From Sphaerodactylus townsendi (Eukaryota), in contig NC_059435.1 in assembly GCF_021028975.2 (NCBI RefSeq), positions 38,192,001 through 38,256,000 of the forward strand: 64,000 bases of DNA, read 5' to 3'. Made by a program: the position numbers and the translations under genes. Numbering within the stretch: the first letter of the stretch is position 1; each line of letters begins with the position of its first letter. Under the pieces are notes generated by a model. That model was not told where the DNA came from. It saw nothing but the letters and a program-made list of their open reading frames with translations, and ran no database searches. Below are positions 52,390-64,000 of this stretch, piece after piece.

Positions 52390-55300
52390 ATAGTTATTTT
52401 GAAAGTTATTTTATAGTCAAAAAGTCAACCTATTTGTCCAAACAGTGAACTTATATGTTTTATTTTATTATTTAAAAGTAACGTAAATGAGATGGTGTCT
52501 ATTTTGATAAAGTAAAAATTGATTATCTGACAGCTTACATTAAGCAAAAATGAAAATGGTCATTGCAGAAGACAACTCTAGCTGCTCCTGACTAAGGAAG
52601 TTAAGTGAGTATTTCAAAATAACTCTGGGAATAACCTCTGAAGGATCACATAACAACCATCTGAACATAATCAGTGCTGTAGATCATGATTCTGTGCCAT
52701 GACTGTGATGAACCATACTGCAATCAAAAACAATGTATGATTTTTTAATAAAATGTTTAACTGTAAAGTTAATGTAACATTTAAACTCAGTATCATGCAG
52801 CTGCCAAAGTGTTGTGCTATCAGGATACAGGGACAAAATCCCCAAATGTCAATGGCATGGAGTGTATTAGGTATGAGCAAGTCACTGTTTTTCAGCCAAA
52901 CACCTTCACAAAATCTGCCTTCAATCTTAGTGATAAAGGCAAGCTATAAATGAAGCAAAATAAAATAAATTTGTAAGGAGCTCCTTGGAGGAAGCACAGT
53001 ATATAAAAAGAAACACTACTTTAGAGATTATTTTACCTCCACCTTAAATCCTCGTCTAACAAGGAAAGCCACCTAAAAATGGCTGCTGGGCAAACTAGCT
53101 GTAAACAGTCATACTGGCCCATGAAAATCTAGAAGGTACAAAATCCATGTAATACCTTTTATTAGAGAAAACATTGTGCAAGCTTTTAAGCTTCATCAGA
53201 CCAAATGTTACCAGTTTAAAAAAATGAAAATGGGGGGAGGGGGAAATCCAGATCAATATTTCAAGATTCATCTTGTCAGCCTTTGATATTAGATTATGAC
53301 AGGCTCACAGTTTAGTTGCTGTAAGTGTTAGATTACATCACTTGAATTCTGGGCAGACAAAGACAAAAAGCCATCAAATACTGCTTCTTCCAGAGTGTGC
53401 GCTACAACTTTAACCAGCAATAAAGATAAAGTTTCAGGCCAACACACGTTTCACACAAGATGTTTGTAAGATCAGGAAAGATCTGCTTCCCACCCCTCTA
53501 CTTTTTAAAGACCTGTAACACACAATCTAATAAAGAGTTATGGTAACCTCAAAAGCTTTCACATTTTGTGTCAATTGGTTGGTCCTGCAAAAGGTATTCT
53601 GTAGACTCCTTTCTTCTTTTCAGATATTGCACTGCATTAGCAGCAGAAAAATAACTTCCTCCAAAATGTCTTTTTACTTTGAATTTACCAGTCATACAAT
53701 TTGCCTTGCTACTGACTAAAGTAACCTCACAAAGACCTCTTCGATCTGTTGTGCTGAACAGCTTTCTAAACTCTGAAATGGAGCACCAGGACAGTGAAGT
53801 CTGAGAGGCAGATTCTGAAAAATGTCAGCACCTTGATTCCACATGCTCCTGTTTAATGCAATACTATATAACATTCCGTTTCCATTCAGGTATGAATCTT
53901 CCACAGCCAGCTGCAGAGATGGAGCTCTGAGGATATGAGCTTGATTCAACTTCTTAGGGCTGGGATCTACCATGCACTTGTTACTCCAAAAAGTACTATG
54001 TGTATGGTATTATACAAACTACAATGCCACAGTCAACAATGGGGAAAATCCCTCTTTGGATAGCATTATATACTTTCATACTTAATTAGGAGTTAATTTT
54101 AAAAACCGTTACTGAGCATTTAAGTAAAAGTTTTGCTTGTTATTAAGCAATATGCACAAAAGTAAACATCTTACTGGCTAAACTAATTGTTCTATTAAAC
54201 TGAGATTTAAGCATATTTACTTGAGAAGTAAGTTCAACTTTAATCATTGGACTTACTTCCAAGAAAGTATATTTGCAAGACTGAATGCAAAGGTCAAGTA
54301 CTTTTATAATCGAAACAGGAGAAAATAGCTTTGATTACTTCCAAGGAGCTATTTAGCTAAATTGAAGCTGGACACAAAGTAGTGATTATCTGCCTCGATA
54401 TTAAATGCAGAGAAGATTTTTAATATACGAAATACGTAATTCTGAAAACTTAGGGACACAAAGTCACATTCATTCATGCTTGCAAGTAAGCATGGAGGAA
54501 TGATACCTAAATGACTATGCAATTTATTCCAAATTAAGGTGGGAGAGTAATTTTTTGATCTGGGTAGATTTTTGCATGTATTGAAACCCAGAAGGGCAAG
54601 ATTTGTACAGTCGCCACAACATTTCCTCATTACTCCCGGCTTGTTTTCATATGCTAACTTAACATTATGGGCTGATCCAGATCTAAACATTAGGAAGAAA
54701 TCTTTTTTAAGGAAGGATTGAACCAAAAGGGGAATTTTTGCATTAGACCATTTTATAGGTTAGAATAATGAGTTTTTGCCATTTTCTGAGCTGAGGTCTA
54801 GCTATGATTTGCCACCTTATGTAGAATGAATGGAATAGGCAACTGGATTGCCCTATTTTGCCAAAACAATGGGATGTGGCCTAAAAGGTTGTACTTGTTG
54901 TCTACACTGATCTTAAACTGAAACTAAGAATGCAATTGGCGGGGGAGGGGGGGGGTGAAGCTTCAGTGGAAATACCAGGATCCCTACAATAACACCTGTG
55001 CCCACTGAGATGCCAGCACTGGGCAACTTATTTCAACCCTGGGCTGCCACACAGATGCACAAACCCAGAACCTGGCCTCATGGCAAATCCAACACAACTG
55101 CCCATACCAGCCTCATAGGAGATGTTCCAGGGGTGTTCTCAGAGGGGAAGCCAACATTCTAATGGATTTTCAGTCTGGGAACATTCCCTAACCCAGCAAT
55201 TGACTTACAGCACCAAAAAGTATGGCATAACTCATTCTTCCCCATGAGATTTTTCAGTTAATCAAGTGTTTCTGTTTTCCCCCCTTTTCACACTGCTTGA

Positions 55301-55425
55301 AAACCCCTTAGAGGTGGCACAGGTGCACTGCTGTCAGACCTTGTATGTTGTGTGTGTGTGTGTTCTCACTGCCTAAAATATATTCCTTGTTTTCCTTGTT
55401 TCCCAACCTTGTTTTCCTTGTTTCC

Positions 55426-55893
55426 CAAGAGAAAGCCATCAGAACAAATTCGATCAAGGCCAAAATCAAAAAATCCTCAGATGATGCAAAATGCAGATTG
55501 TGCAAAGAAGCTGATGAAACTGTAGATCATGTCCTTAGCTGCTGCAAAAAGATTGCCCAGACTGAGTACAAACAGAGACACAACTCAGTGGCCAAGATGA
55601 TCCACTGGAATTTATGCAAGAATTACAACATAAGAACAGCTAAGAACTGGTGGGAACATTGTCCTGAGAAATTAATGGAAAATGAGAGATTCAAGATCGT
55701 GTGGGACTTTCGAATTCAAACGGACCAAGTGTTGAAACACAATACACCAGACATCACCATGATCGAGGACAAGAAAGTGACCATCATCGACATAGCAGTC
55801 CCCGGTGACAGCAGGGTCATTGAAAAAGAACATGAGAAGGTCACTAGATACCGCGATTTGAAAATCGAGCTTCAGCGTCTATGGCACAAACCA
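55426..55893 (+). mobile_element. R4/Dong-clade non-LTR retrotransposon fragment: CCHC finger plus restriction-like endonuclease
   Basis: Open frame with CRLC...H...C, RHN, WDFRIQTD, PDI...IDIAVP and EKxxxY, the PD-(D/E)xK RLE signature. Confidence 0.88.
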
Positions 55894-55971
55894 GCCAATT
55901 GACCATGCTGGCAGGAGCTGATGGGAATTGTAGTTCATAACATCTGGAGTGCCAAAGGTTCGCCACGACAG
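55894..55971. mobile_element. Right half of the palindromic hAT-type MITE
   Basis: GCCAATTGACCATGCTGGCAGG...GGTTCGCCACGACAG, beginning at the palindrome centre. Confidence 0.85.
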
Positions 55972-56599
55972 CCCTAGGTTCTCCAATTAAAAGGTCTGCA
56001 GTAACAAACACTGGAAAATATCTTTCTCTCCCTAAATCCCTGGAGATTGACTATCAGGTCAATACCAGGAAGAGGGACCAACAGAATCTGACTGGCTGAA
56101 AGCATCTTCTTCAATCAAGACAGTTTCTTTCCTTCCTTTTTTCTTCCATAAAGGGGATTAGAAGCAGACAGGTACAGGTAAAGAAAACTGCTTTCCTATA
56201 ATGGCCTGTCATTTCCATTCATAGTTGTTGTACTTTCAGCTTCCTTTCCAGGTTCTTCTATGCAACAATGATTAATTTAGAGCTTTAAAAGAAGTAAACT
56301 TGAACATCGTAAGAACAAATTCTTGGGAACAAGCCTGACAGAACAAAATTAAGCAGCATTCTGAAAAGACCTCTTTAGGATTACTCTCTGAGAATTATAG
56401 GGAAATGTTTTAAAATACTTTTAGCAACAGTATTGGCAGATCTGGGAAATACTGCCTATCTGTGTGAGAATGCTAATATGTAACTATGTGTCATGATTTT
56501 CAGACAGGTAAAGGCTGGCTTCTGGCCTTTTTACAAATAAGCTCTTCTAGTGCCGGTAAAAAGTTACATACAAACATAGGCACAATCTGGATTGGAGCT

Positions 56600-57160
56600 T
56601 CTCAAGGACTGAGGAGTCAGCTTGTTCTTCAGGGACCTGTACACCTCCTGAGGGAGAAGGGGCTGCTGCTGGATCCTTGCATACTCTTTGAGGCCCAGAT
56701 TTCTTCAATGGCACACAGTGCCTTTTATCAGCTTTGGATAACATGTCAGCTGTGGCCATCCTTCCAAAAGCATAATCTGGCCACAGTGATCCATGCCCTG
56801 ATTAGATGCAGGTTTGATTACTGTAATGCACTCTATGTGGAGCTTCCTTTGAAACTGATCCATCAACATCCATAGGTTCAATAAGAAGCAGCCAGGCAAC
56901 TGTCAGAGGTGAAATATATGGGTTGTTATCACCTTTGTGCTGGAAGATCATTTGTATCTGGGGCCAATTCAAAATGCTTGGTTTTATATCTGAAACCCAA
57001 AATGGCTTGGAGGCAGGGCACTTGAAGGACTACTACCTCCCATATTCTCCATCCCATCAACTAAGATCTACCACACAAGTGATGAGGCGATGGGAATCAC
57101 GGAAATTGTTATGTTCTAGTTATTGTTGTCATTTAATGCTAAGTTTTAATTGACAGCTCT
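56600..57160 (+). mobile_element. Decayed L2-type LINE, RT C-terminal region
   Basis: LLDP...EAQISSMAHSAFYQL...LATVIHALIRCRFDYCNALYVELPLK matches the L2-type DYCN motif region. Confidence 0.8.
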
Positions 57161-58009
57161 TAACATTTCATATTTTCATTATGTTTTATTTTGGGTAGAT
57201 TCCCAATTTGGGTAGTTCCTTGGAGATGTAGCATCAAGATGTTTCTAATTACGTACAGTTAAAATAAGTGTAATTATATACACACAAAACATGGAAATAA
57301 ACTTCTCTTTCCAGAGCTTAGCTTAGTCCCGATTTTGATGTGCATGACAGCGGACAACAGATATGAGACAGCAACACCATGTGTTTTAAGGGAACACAAG
57401 TATGGGCCTATTCACTCTGGATGGCACTGTGTCCCTTTAATACTGGCTCAGCTGTTAGAGACAATCTCAGAAATATATACAGGGTGGACATAAGCATGAA
57501 GCTCCAAGGAAGGAGCAATTTGTATGCTGAGGAGGGTTATATTCCTGCCTTCCTGAAAAACAAAAAAATGGAAAAGCAGAATCTCTTGGCTCTTAACTAA
57601 GAAGGGGAAAGGGCAGCAAGTCCATGAAAAAGGTATGCACAGAGGTTACACTCTCCTGATACCTACAAGGCTGTAATAAACTGGTCTTTGATAACTTCTA
57701 CTGTATAGCTTTCTCAAGCTGTATTTCAAATCAGACTTCAAAGGCTTGACAGGGTATAGTAGAGTTCTGGGTGACCCATGCATCAGGACAGATCAAAATG
57801 GCTGCCTCTGAGAAAGAATGTTTAGCAGTTCAATCCCAATAACACTTTCCTAGGAATGAGGCCCACTTATCAGACCTAAATAGGATTCTGAGTAGACATG
57901 CTTAGGATGATATTGCAGGGCACCTAATGTTGTCACATTTTGAACATGTTTCCTATAGTGGTAAGAAATTAAACTGGTTTTTAAAGCTGATCTTAAACAA
58001 AGTATCATA

Positions 58010-58150
58010 GGCTCATTCCACACATGCAGAATAATGCACTTTCAAACTGCTTTCAGTGCTCTTTGAAGCTGTGCGGAATGGCAAAATCCACTTGCAAACA
58101 GTTGTGAAAGTGGTTTGAAAATGCATTATTTTGCGTGTGCAGAAGGGACC
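58010..58150 (-). mobile_element. 141-bp PIF/Harbinger-type MITE, copy 4 (reverse orientation)
   Basis: Reverse complement of copies 1-3; TSD ATA. Confidence 0.93.
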
Positions 58151-59211
58151 ATAGATAAGAGGCAGTGTAGTTTAATGGATGTGACAAGAACTGTATTAGG
58201 GAGCCTTCTGTTCAAATTCTACCCATATTTTGAACAATCACCAACTGACTTTTTAAAACATTAATAAAGTTTTAAATTATATTATATGTTATCATTACTA
58301 TTTTATTGAACTGGTTGTTAGCTATAGTTGGGAAAGGGTAGGATAAAAATTGAATAAAATAGAGTCACTATGTCATTAAAGGGGAATAAAGGACCTTATA
58401 AGTGTGTGTGGGAAAAGGTGGTTTGCTGACAAGTCACGAACTGCAGCAGTCACAAACTGTAGGAGTCATTCAGGTCCAAATGTTAACTGTTTAGAAATAC
58501 AAGGCAATAGATATTTACACAAACTGTGATTATCTGTTCTAATATTGTGGTCAATGAAGAAAACAAAGCCACAATTTCAAAACAAACCGTCTTAGTTTAC
58601 TGTAAGTTTACTGCAGAGTTTACTATTTTCATTACACAAGCTGTAAAATACAAATCGTCTGAAGTGTAGGAAAAAAACACTGCTCTGCTATTAATACCAC
58701 AAAACATTTTTCTACTCCCTTTTGCTCATATGCAAATGAATTTATCCAACCGTAGTTGAAAGCTAAGCGTACTAATCAGCACGATTTTTGTGTCAGGAGC
58801 ACTTTGAAAAGGCTTTGAAACATATCATGACGCAATTTCAAATTAGGCTTTCAAACTATTACAAAAGGCAATAATATCTGCCTTTCCCAGCATGGCAGTA
58901 TATCTACCTATTCTATAGCTTGGCCTGTTACAAATAATGGTACAATATCATCACAAACCTGGAAACAAGAGTAAATTCCAGTTCTATCCCAAAGCAGAAG
59001 AGCACAGAACCTGCATTACTGCACTGTACGTCAGAAGACCTAGCCATCCTCCACAATGCCAAGTGAAACAGCATCCCATATTAGAGACAAAGGGAAAAGA
59101 AGCACAGGGAAAGGACATAACACAAATGTATGAAAGGGCATCAGAAACAAGAAAAACAGTGATATTTCTCATTTAAGAAACCCAATACAGCAAAAAAAAA
59201 TGTACAGTATT

Positions 59212-59405
59212 AACATAAGAAAGAGCCTGCTGGATCAGACCAGAGTCCATCTAATCCAGCACTCTGCTACTCGCAATGGCCCACCAGATGCCTTTGGGAG
59301 ATCACATGCAGGATGTGAAAGCAATGGCCTTCTGCTGCTGCTGCTGCTGTTGCTCCCAAGCATCTGGTCTGCTAAGACATTTTGCAATCTCAGATCAAGG
59401 AGGAT
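59212..59405 (-). mobile_element. CR1-type LINE 3' end (second subfamily)
   Basis: AACATAAGAAAGAGCCTGCTGGATCAGACCAGAGTCCATCTAATCCAGCA is the reverse complement of a TTCTTATGTT-tailed CR1 terminus. Confidence 0.7.
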
Positions 59406-62400
59406 TCCATCAGCGTGATATATATTTGTTCAGAAACAAAAGAATTCACTAAAGCTTATTTTCTAACATATGCCTAGAATAGCCATCCATGTTTTCTATA
59501 CCCCTGGCAAAGCCCATGGATGCTTTCATCACAGTAGGTCAGCCACTTACAGAAGAACAGTAATGAGGCATGTCAAGCAAAAAACATTCCATTACATATG
59601 GCAATAGACTCAGCCCTGCCTCCTTCGAGAAAAGTGTTATTGTAAATTGTTGGCTTCTGTGACATCCAAACCAGCACCCTGCACAAAAAAACCTACTTGG
59701 CCTTTTTATTTGTGCAGTAATCCATAAAACACTCTGGAGGCTCCTGGAATCAGACAAATGTTTGCTTCCCTAATCATTGTACATTTAATATTTTTTTTCT
59801 TATTTTAAATTAGGCCTAAATAAAAAACACTTCAAAGATTCCACCACTGACCAATAAAGAAAGTTTTGTAGAACAGTATTTCCAAAAGCGGCCTAAAATT
59901 TCCAATTGATTTTCCCCACCTGTCAAGTTACTTTATTTTACGTCCTTGTTAAGCTAGGTAACATCCTGTTCAACCACATATTCAATGCATTACCTGGAAC
60001 TTATATACAGTATACAAGTGGTCTCATTTAGCGAGCTGATGTGTTAAGCTGAGAAACGAAAAAAGAAATCTGGAATGGAAGCAATTCTAAGCAGGTAAAC
60101 TTTGAAGTAAGTCTCATGTTGTGCAATGCAGCTTACTCCCAGGAAACTGTCCTTAGGACTACAGGCTATGTCACCTTCAGCATTCTATCATCTTTGTCTT
60201 GTTCCAGAAACCTAAAGCTACAGCTGGCATCAAATGCTTCTTTGCTCTTACATCTATACTTTCAAAAGTATGCACTGAGAAGAACAGTTACTCTGCTTCC
60301 TGAGTTTAGGAGCTGCTGTGTAAACAAAAGACTCCAGTAACAGGAGCAAGATTGAGGACCAAATCCAGTCTAAACAGAGACTAGTAATCGATTCAGGGCA
60401 CTCCTGTCCTTCGTTATGGAGTTGTACTTTTGTTTTTGCACAGACTAAACAATTCATAATGTGGCTGCAGCGCAAGGTTACAAATAAATTCAGCTTTAAA
60501 CTATGCAAGGCAGAACTTGACCTTTTCTTGTACGTTAAACTGTTGCTGAGAAATGTAAGCTTTTGGGACCAAGGGCAGAGGTAATAACTCTTAGACGATG
60601 CTGTTTCCCCTGCTCCCACCGTCAGATTCTCTCTTCTCCCCAGCCTTTTCTTACATAAGGATCGCTCCAGATCTGTGTCATGAGAGCGTTCCACTCATTT
60701 ATTTTAACCACATTGGAACTCACCACATTGTTGTTTTTCAAGATAAAAACAGAAGACAGAATACTGCTGTCTCTTTTGAAAGAGGCTGTACTTCTCCTAG
60801 CAATCCACATAAACACAATTTTAGTGCATGTTACCTTATAGCTAGCTATAAGGTCAATCTGTGGCTTGGCATACTCTGCTGTAGAGTAGCTGAAATTATT
60901 CTACAACAGTAGCTGCCACTTCAACTATCTTTAGCAATGTTCCTCCAGGATTATCAGAGTATCATTTCTTTAAGATGACTCACTTGCAGATAGTGAGTAC
61001 AGTTTAAAAGTCCATTTGGTATGGTTTCCACCCCTGTGATTAGAGTAAAGAAAGGAGTCATAAAAATTATTACATACATTATGCAACATTTTGTCACTAG
61101 TTGCTGATTTTTAAAAACTATATTCAGTACAGAAGTGTGCAGATGCCAAAGTGAAAATATACTATTTTAGTTTATTATAAAGCAACCAAATAAATTGATC
61201 TTCAGTGAGCTTAGAAGGGAGTCCCTCTGCTAAAGATTCTACTGCAAGTGACAAACAAAAGAAGGCAGAACCAGTATGGATTGAGAAAGAAAAATATCTT
61301 CGGATTAACATAGTTATCCAGGGTTAACTACCCGGTTATAAGAAGGTAATATTATGAAAAGGAATAGAAGCAGAGGACTTGTACGCAACTGAGGAACTCA
61401 GCCAGTTAAAATATGGAACAGAATAAAATGGATTACTCTTTCTAAATACATAATACTCCTTAGAGAAAAGTAACAGGTAGAACTTATTCCAAAGGGCTGA
61501 AAGTGCAACATACCATTCTAAGGAACTGTATTCTCTTCAAAGACAAGGGATGCAGCTTGAAGCCATGCAGCCAAAACATAATCTTAAGTACAACCAAGTG
61601 GAGGCAGAAACCCAGAGTTCTCTCTCACTTTCCATTTAACCATTCAGTGTTGGCAGGGAAAAACTCTACAAAGACCAGAAGTCACACAAGTCACACGGGA
61701 GATACAGAGAGGACACAGAGAGTTGCCATGTGGAAGTGGAACCCCATGTGGAAAAAGTAACTCATAGTCCAGCCCTTGGAAGATAGGAACACCTCTTGAT
61801 ATCATTACAGATGAAGTGTTCAGGTTGCAAATCTTGGCAAAAAAGAAGTTACAAAGGCATCCTCCAGTTTCACATTCAAAGATGTTGAGACCAAAAAAAA
61901 AAAAATCTCTTTCGTACAAAAAGCCCCCCATACTTCCAATGATATAATACCTAAAATATAATTAAATTTAAAAGAGGGGATGGGAACTAAACAGATTAAC
62001 AAATCAAGCCACAAGCCAACATATCAACAAAAAAGTTTAACCAAAGCAAATTACTGACATCTCAAGTCTACACTGGGCACCAGGCAGTTCTCTAAAGGGA
62101 AGAGTTCAAAAGGCATTGTTGTTGACCTAGGAGATATTTACCAGCACAGTCGTACTTTCTCCTGTCTATTCTGTGCCTACCAGCAACATTACTATCTGGA
62201 CAATAAATAAAAAAGGTTGAGACAGCCAGAAGAGAGAAGGCCCTACCTAGCTTTAATAGTTCCCTTTAATAGATCCCATCCAGACGATTTAGATCCTAGA
62301 CTATTTAGGGTTTTAAAGATGGCAACAAACATCATTCAAATTCCGCACAGAAGGAAACCTAACCATGCAATTCTGGCCACAGGTGCACCATTAGCTCCAT

Positions 62401-64000
62401 TGTATTTAAAAGAGTATAACTCAGTTTAACATAGCACTGTAAATCCTGAGCATAATGCAGAATAGTACTTCCAAGAAGTATAGGCAGTTTTAAGATTATT
62501 TTTCTCCCCCCAAAGTCACCAGAACTGATATAACAATCATAATACTGAAACTGTCCCCAAACTATAAAGCCAGGACCCAACGATCAAATCCTCTGGTCAG
62601 TTACCAAAACAGAATGGCTTGCAGGACCAGGCCATAGGCCTGGGCAAGGGAAAGACAGTGAAGGGAGAGGAGAAAGGAGAGAAAGGTACATGGTATACAA
62701 TACCAACCCCAGACAAACCAACTCCAGCTTCTACAAAGATAAGCCAGACACTGCTCATAAAAAATATAATAAAGTACACTGGAAACAGAATTTCTAATTT
62801 CACTGTCATTAGGGTGAGTACTGTTAACATAATGAAATTAGCACTAATATGTACTGCAGAAACATGCATTCATGATTATAGCATCCCGACATAAATTTTC
62901 AGTATATAACTAAGGAACTCCAGATGTACTTGGCAGGCACACCACAGTACCCTGAAATAAAAACTAGTTTCAATAGACACATGCATTTCTTGTTAGAACT
63001 GTACTAATGGATGCAGCTGGATCACTTGTAAAGTGTTTTGCCATGTCCTTTGCTATGTTCTTCATAAAGAATCATGCATGGCCTTAAAGCTATAAGTACC
63101 ATAGTGGCATTTCACTAACAGTAGCATTTTACTAAGCAGAAATTCTACATTTGTACAGTTATACTGCATGCACAGAGGACATGTCGGCACAACCTTACAT
63201 GCAGCTACACAGCATCAATGGAATGTTTTAAAACTAGGTACCTTGCAGCATTCACATATTTTCCATGGGTAATGAGATGCCCTTAAGTGGTTAACAACAC
63301 TCAATAAACTCCAAACCTCAGTACCATTTTAACGGCCTGTCCTATAGGTACACTCATATGCTAATCAGTGACTGCAACAATGTGAAACAGACTGTGAGAA
63401 AACAAATCTGTTACATATGTCACTAAACAGTGATGTCTTTAAAATGTCAGGAAATAAATCCACATGCAACTAAAAAATAAATGAATTGTGCTAGAAGTCA
63501 TTATGCGTCACTAAATTACAAATGGAAGTCAAAGTGCACCTTTACATTGACATATTGCGGAACAGTCCCATAGCTTTAAAACAAGCAACAAGTTTGAAAC
63601 CATGCAGATTTACCTTGATTCTTTTGAACTATAAACCGCTACATAAACAGTCTGAAATCTCATTTAACATACTCCAGTCATTTGACATACTCCAGTTCAC
63701 CAGAAATTACAATATCCTTCTCTAGATAGCTGGAAAATACCAGCACAAGGGTTAGAAATTATCTTTAGACCAGAGGACAAAGGTTTTAGACAGACTCCGA
63801 GAATATTAAGCAATACCTGCACAATAAGCGACAGAACTTTGTGTCTGTATTGCAGACTCTTCCCCACCCCCACATGCATCCAGCTGTGTGTGGCTAACCA
63901 CCAACATCATTTCTCCCTAACAGGAAGGGTGGGTGCGCAATTGTCATGTACATTCCACCACTGCCTGTCCTTGTCTTCCCCTTGATTCTCTAGGCAAGAT

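Larger units (their letters stand above)
5856..64000 (-). other. PLCL2: PLCL2 upstream intron (intron 1, incomplete in window)
   Basis: Lies 5' of the acceptor at 5856. No GC-rich first exon encoding the PLCL2 N-terminus was recognised, and the region is repeat-rich. An alternative first exon inside it cannot be excluded. Confidence 0.7.

Noticed and set aside
53140-53610. Possible inverted pair of Penelope termini
   Set aside because: Too degenerate to support by eye.
30246-55971. Two half-MITEs as ends of one 25-kb composite transposon
   Set aside because: The outer 8-bp flanks differ (TTCTACGG vs CCCTAGGT), so there is no shared TSD.

Overview
AT-rich vertebrate genomic DNA; the repeat complement suggests a squamate, probably a gecko (inference). 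The only protein-coding gene is PLCL2 (inactive phospholipase C-like 2, PRIP-2) on the minus strand. Two exons are visible: the 2487-nt exon (5855-3369) and the next 204-nt exon (2350-2147), both with canonical AG/GT sites and phase 0. Everything from 5856 to 64000 is read as the large upstream intron; the first exon and the downstream exons were not found. The intron is dense with mobile-element remains: palindromic hAT-type MITEs (8-bp TSDs), PIF/Harbinger-type non-autonomous elements (3-bp TSDs), a Tc1/mariner-type MITE, fragments of L1, L2, CR1, R4/Dong and another APE-type LINE, Penelope-like remnants and tRNA-type SINEs. The most notable items are: an apparently spliced ARMC10-like retrocopy fragment; a TTAGGG-containing ~160-bp satellite interrupted by a CpG-rich Harbinger-type element; a Penelope-associated minimal hammerhead ribozyme motif; and an exon geometry under which a back-spliced PLCL2 circle would be a stop-free endless ORF. 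I see no convincing evidence of a wholly new biological system. The findings are hypotheses to test, and family names are pattern recognition rather than database results.
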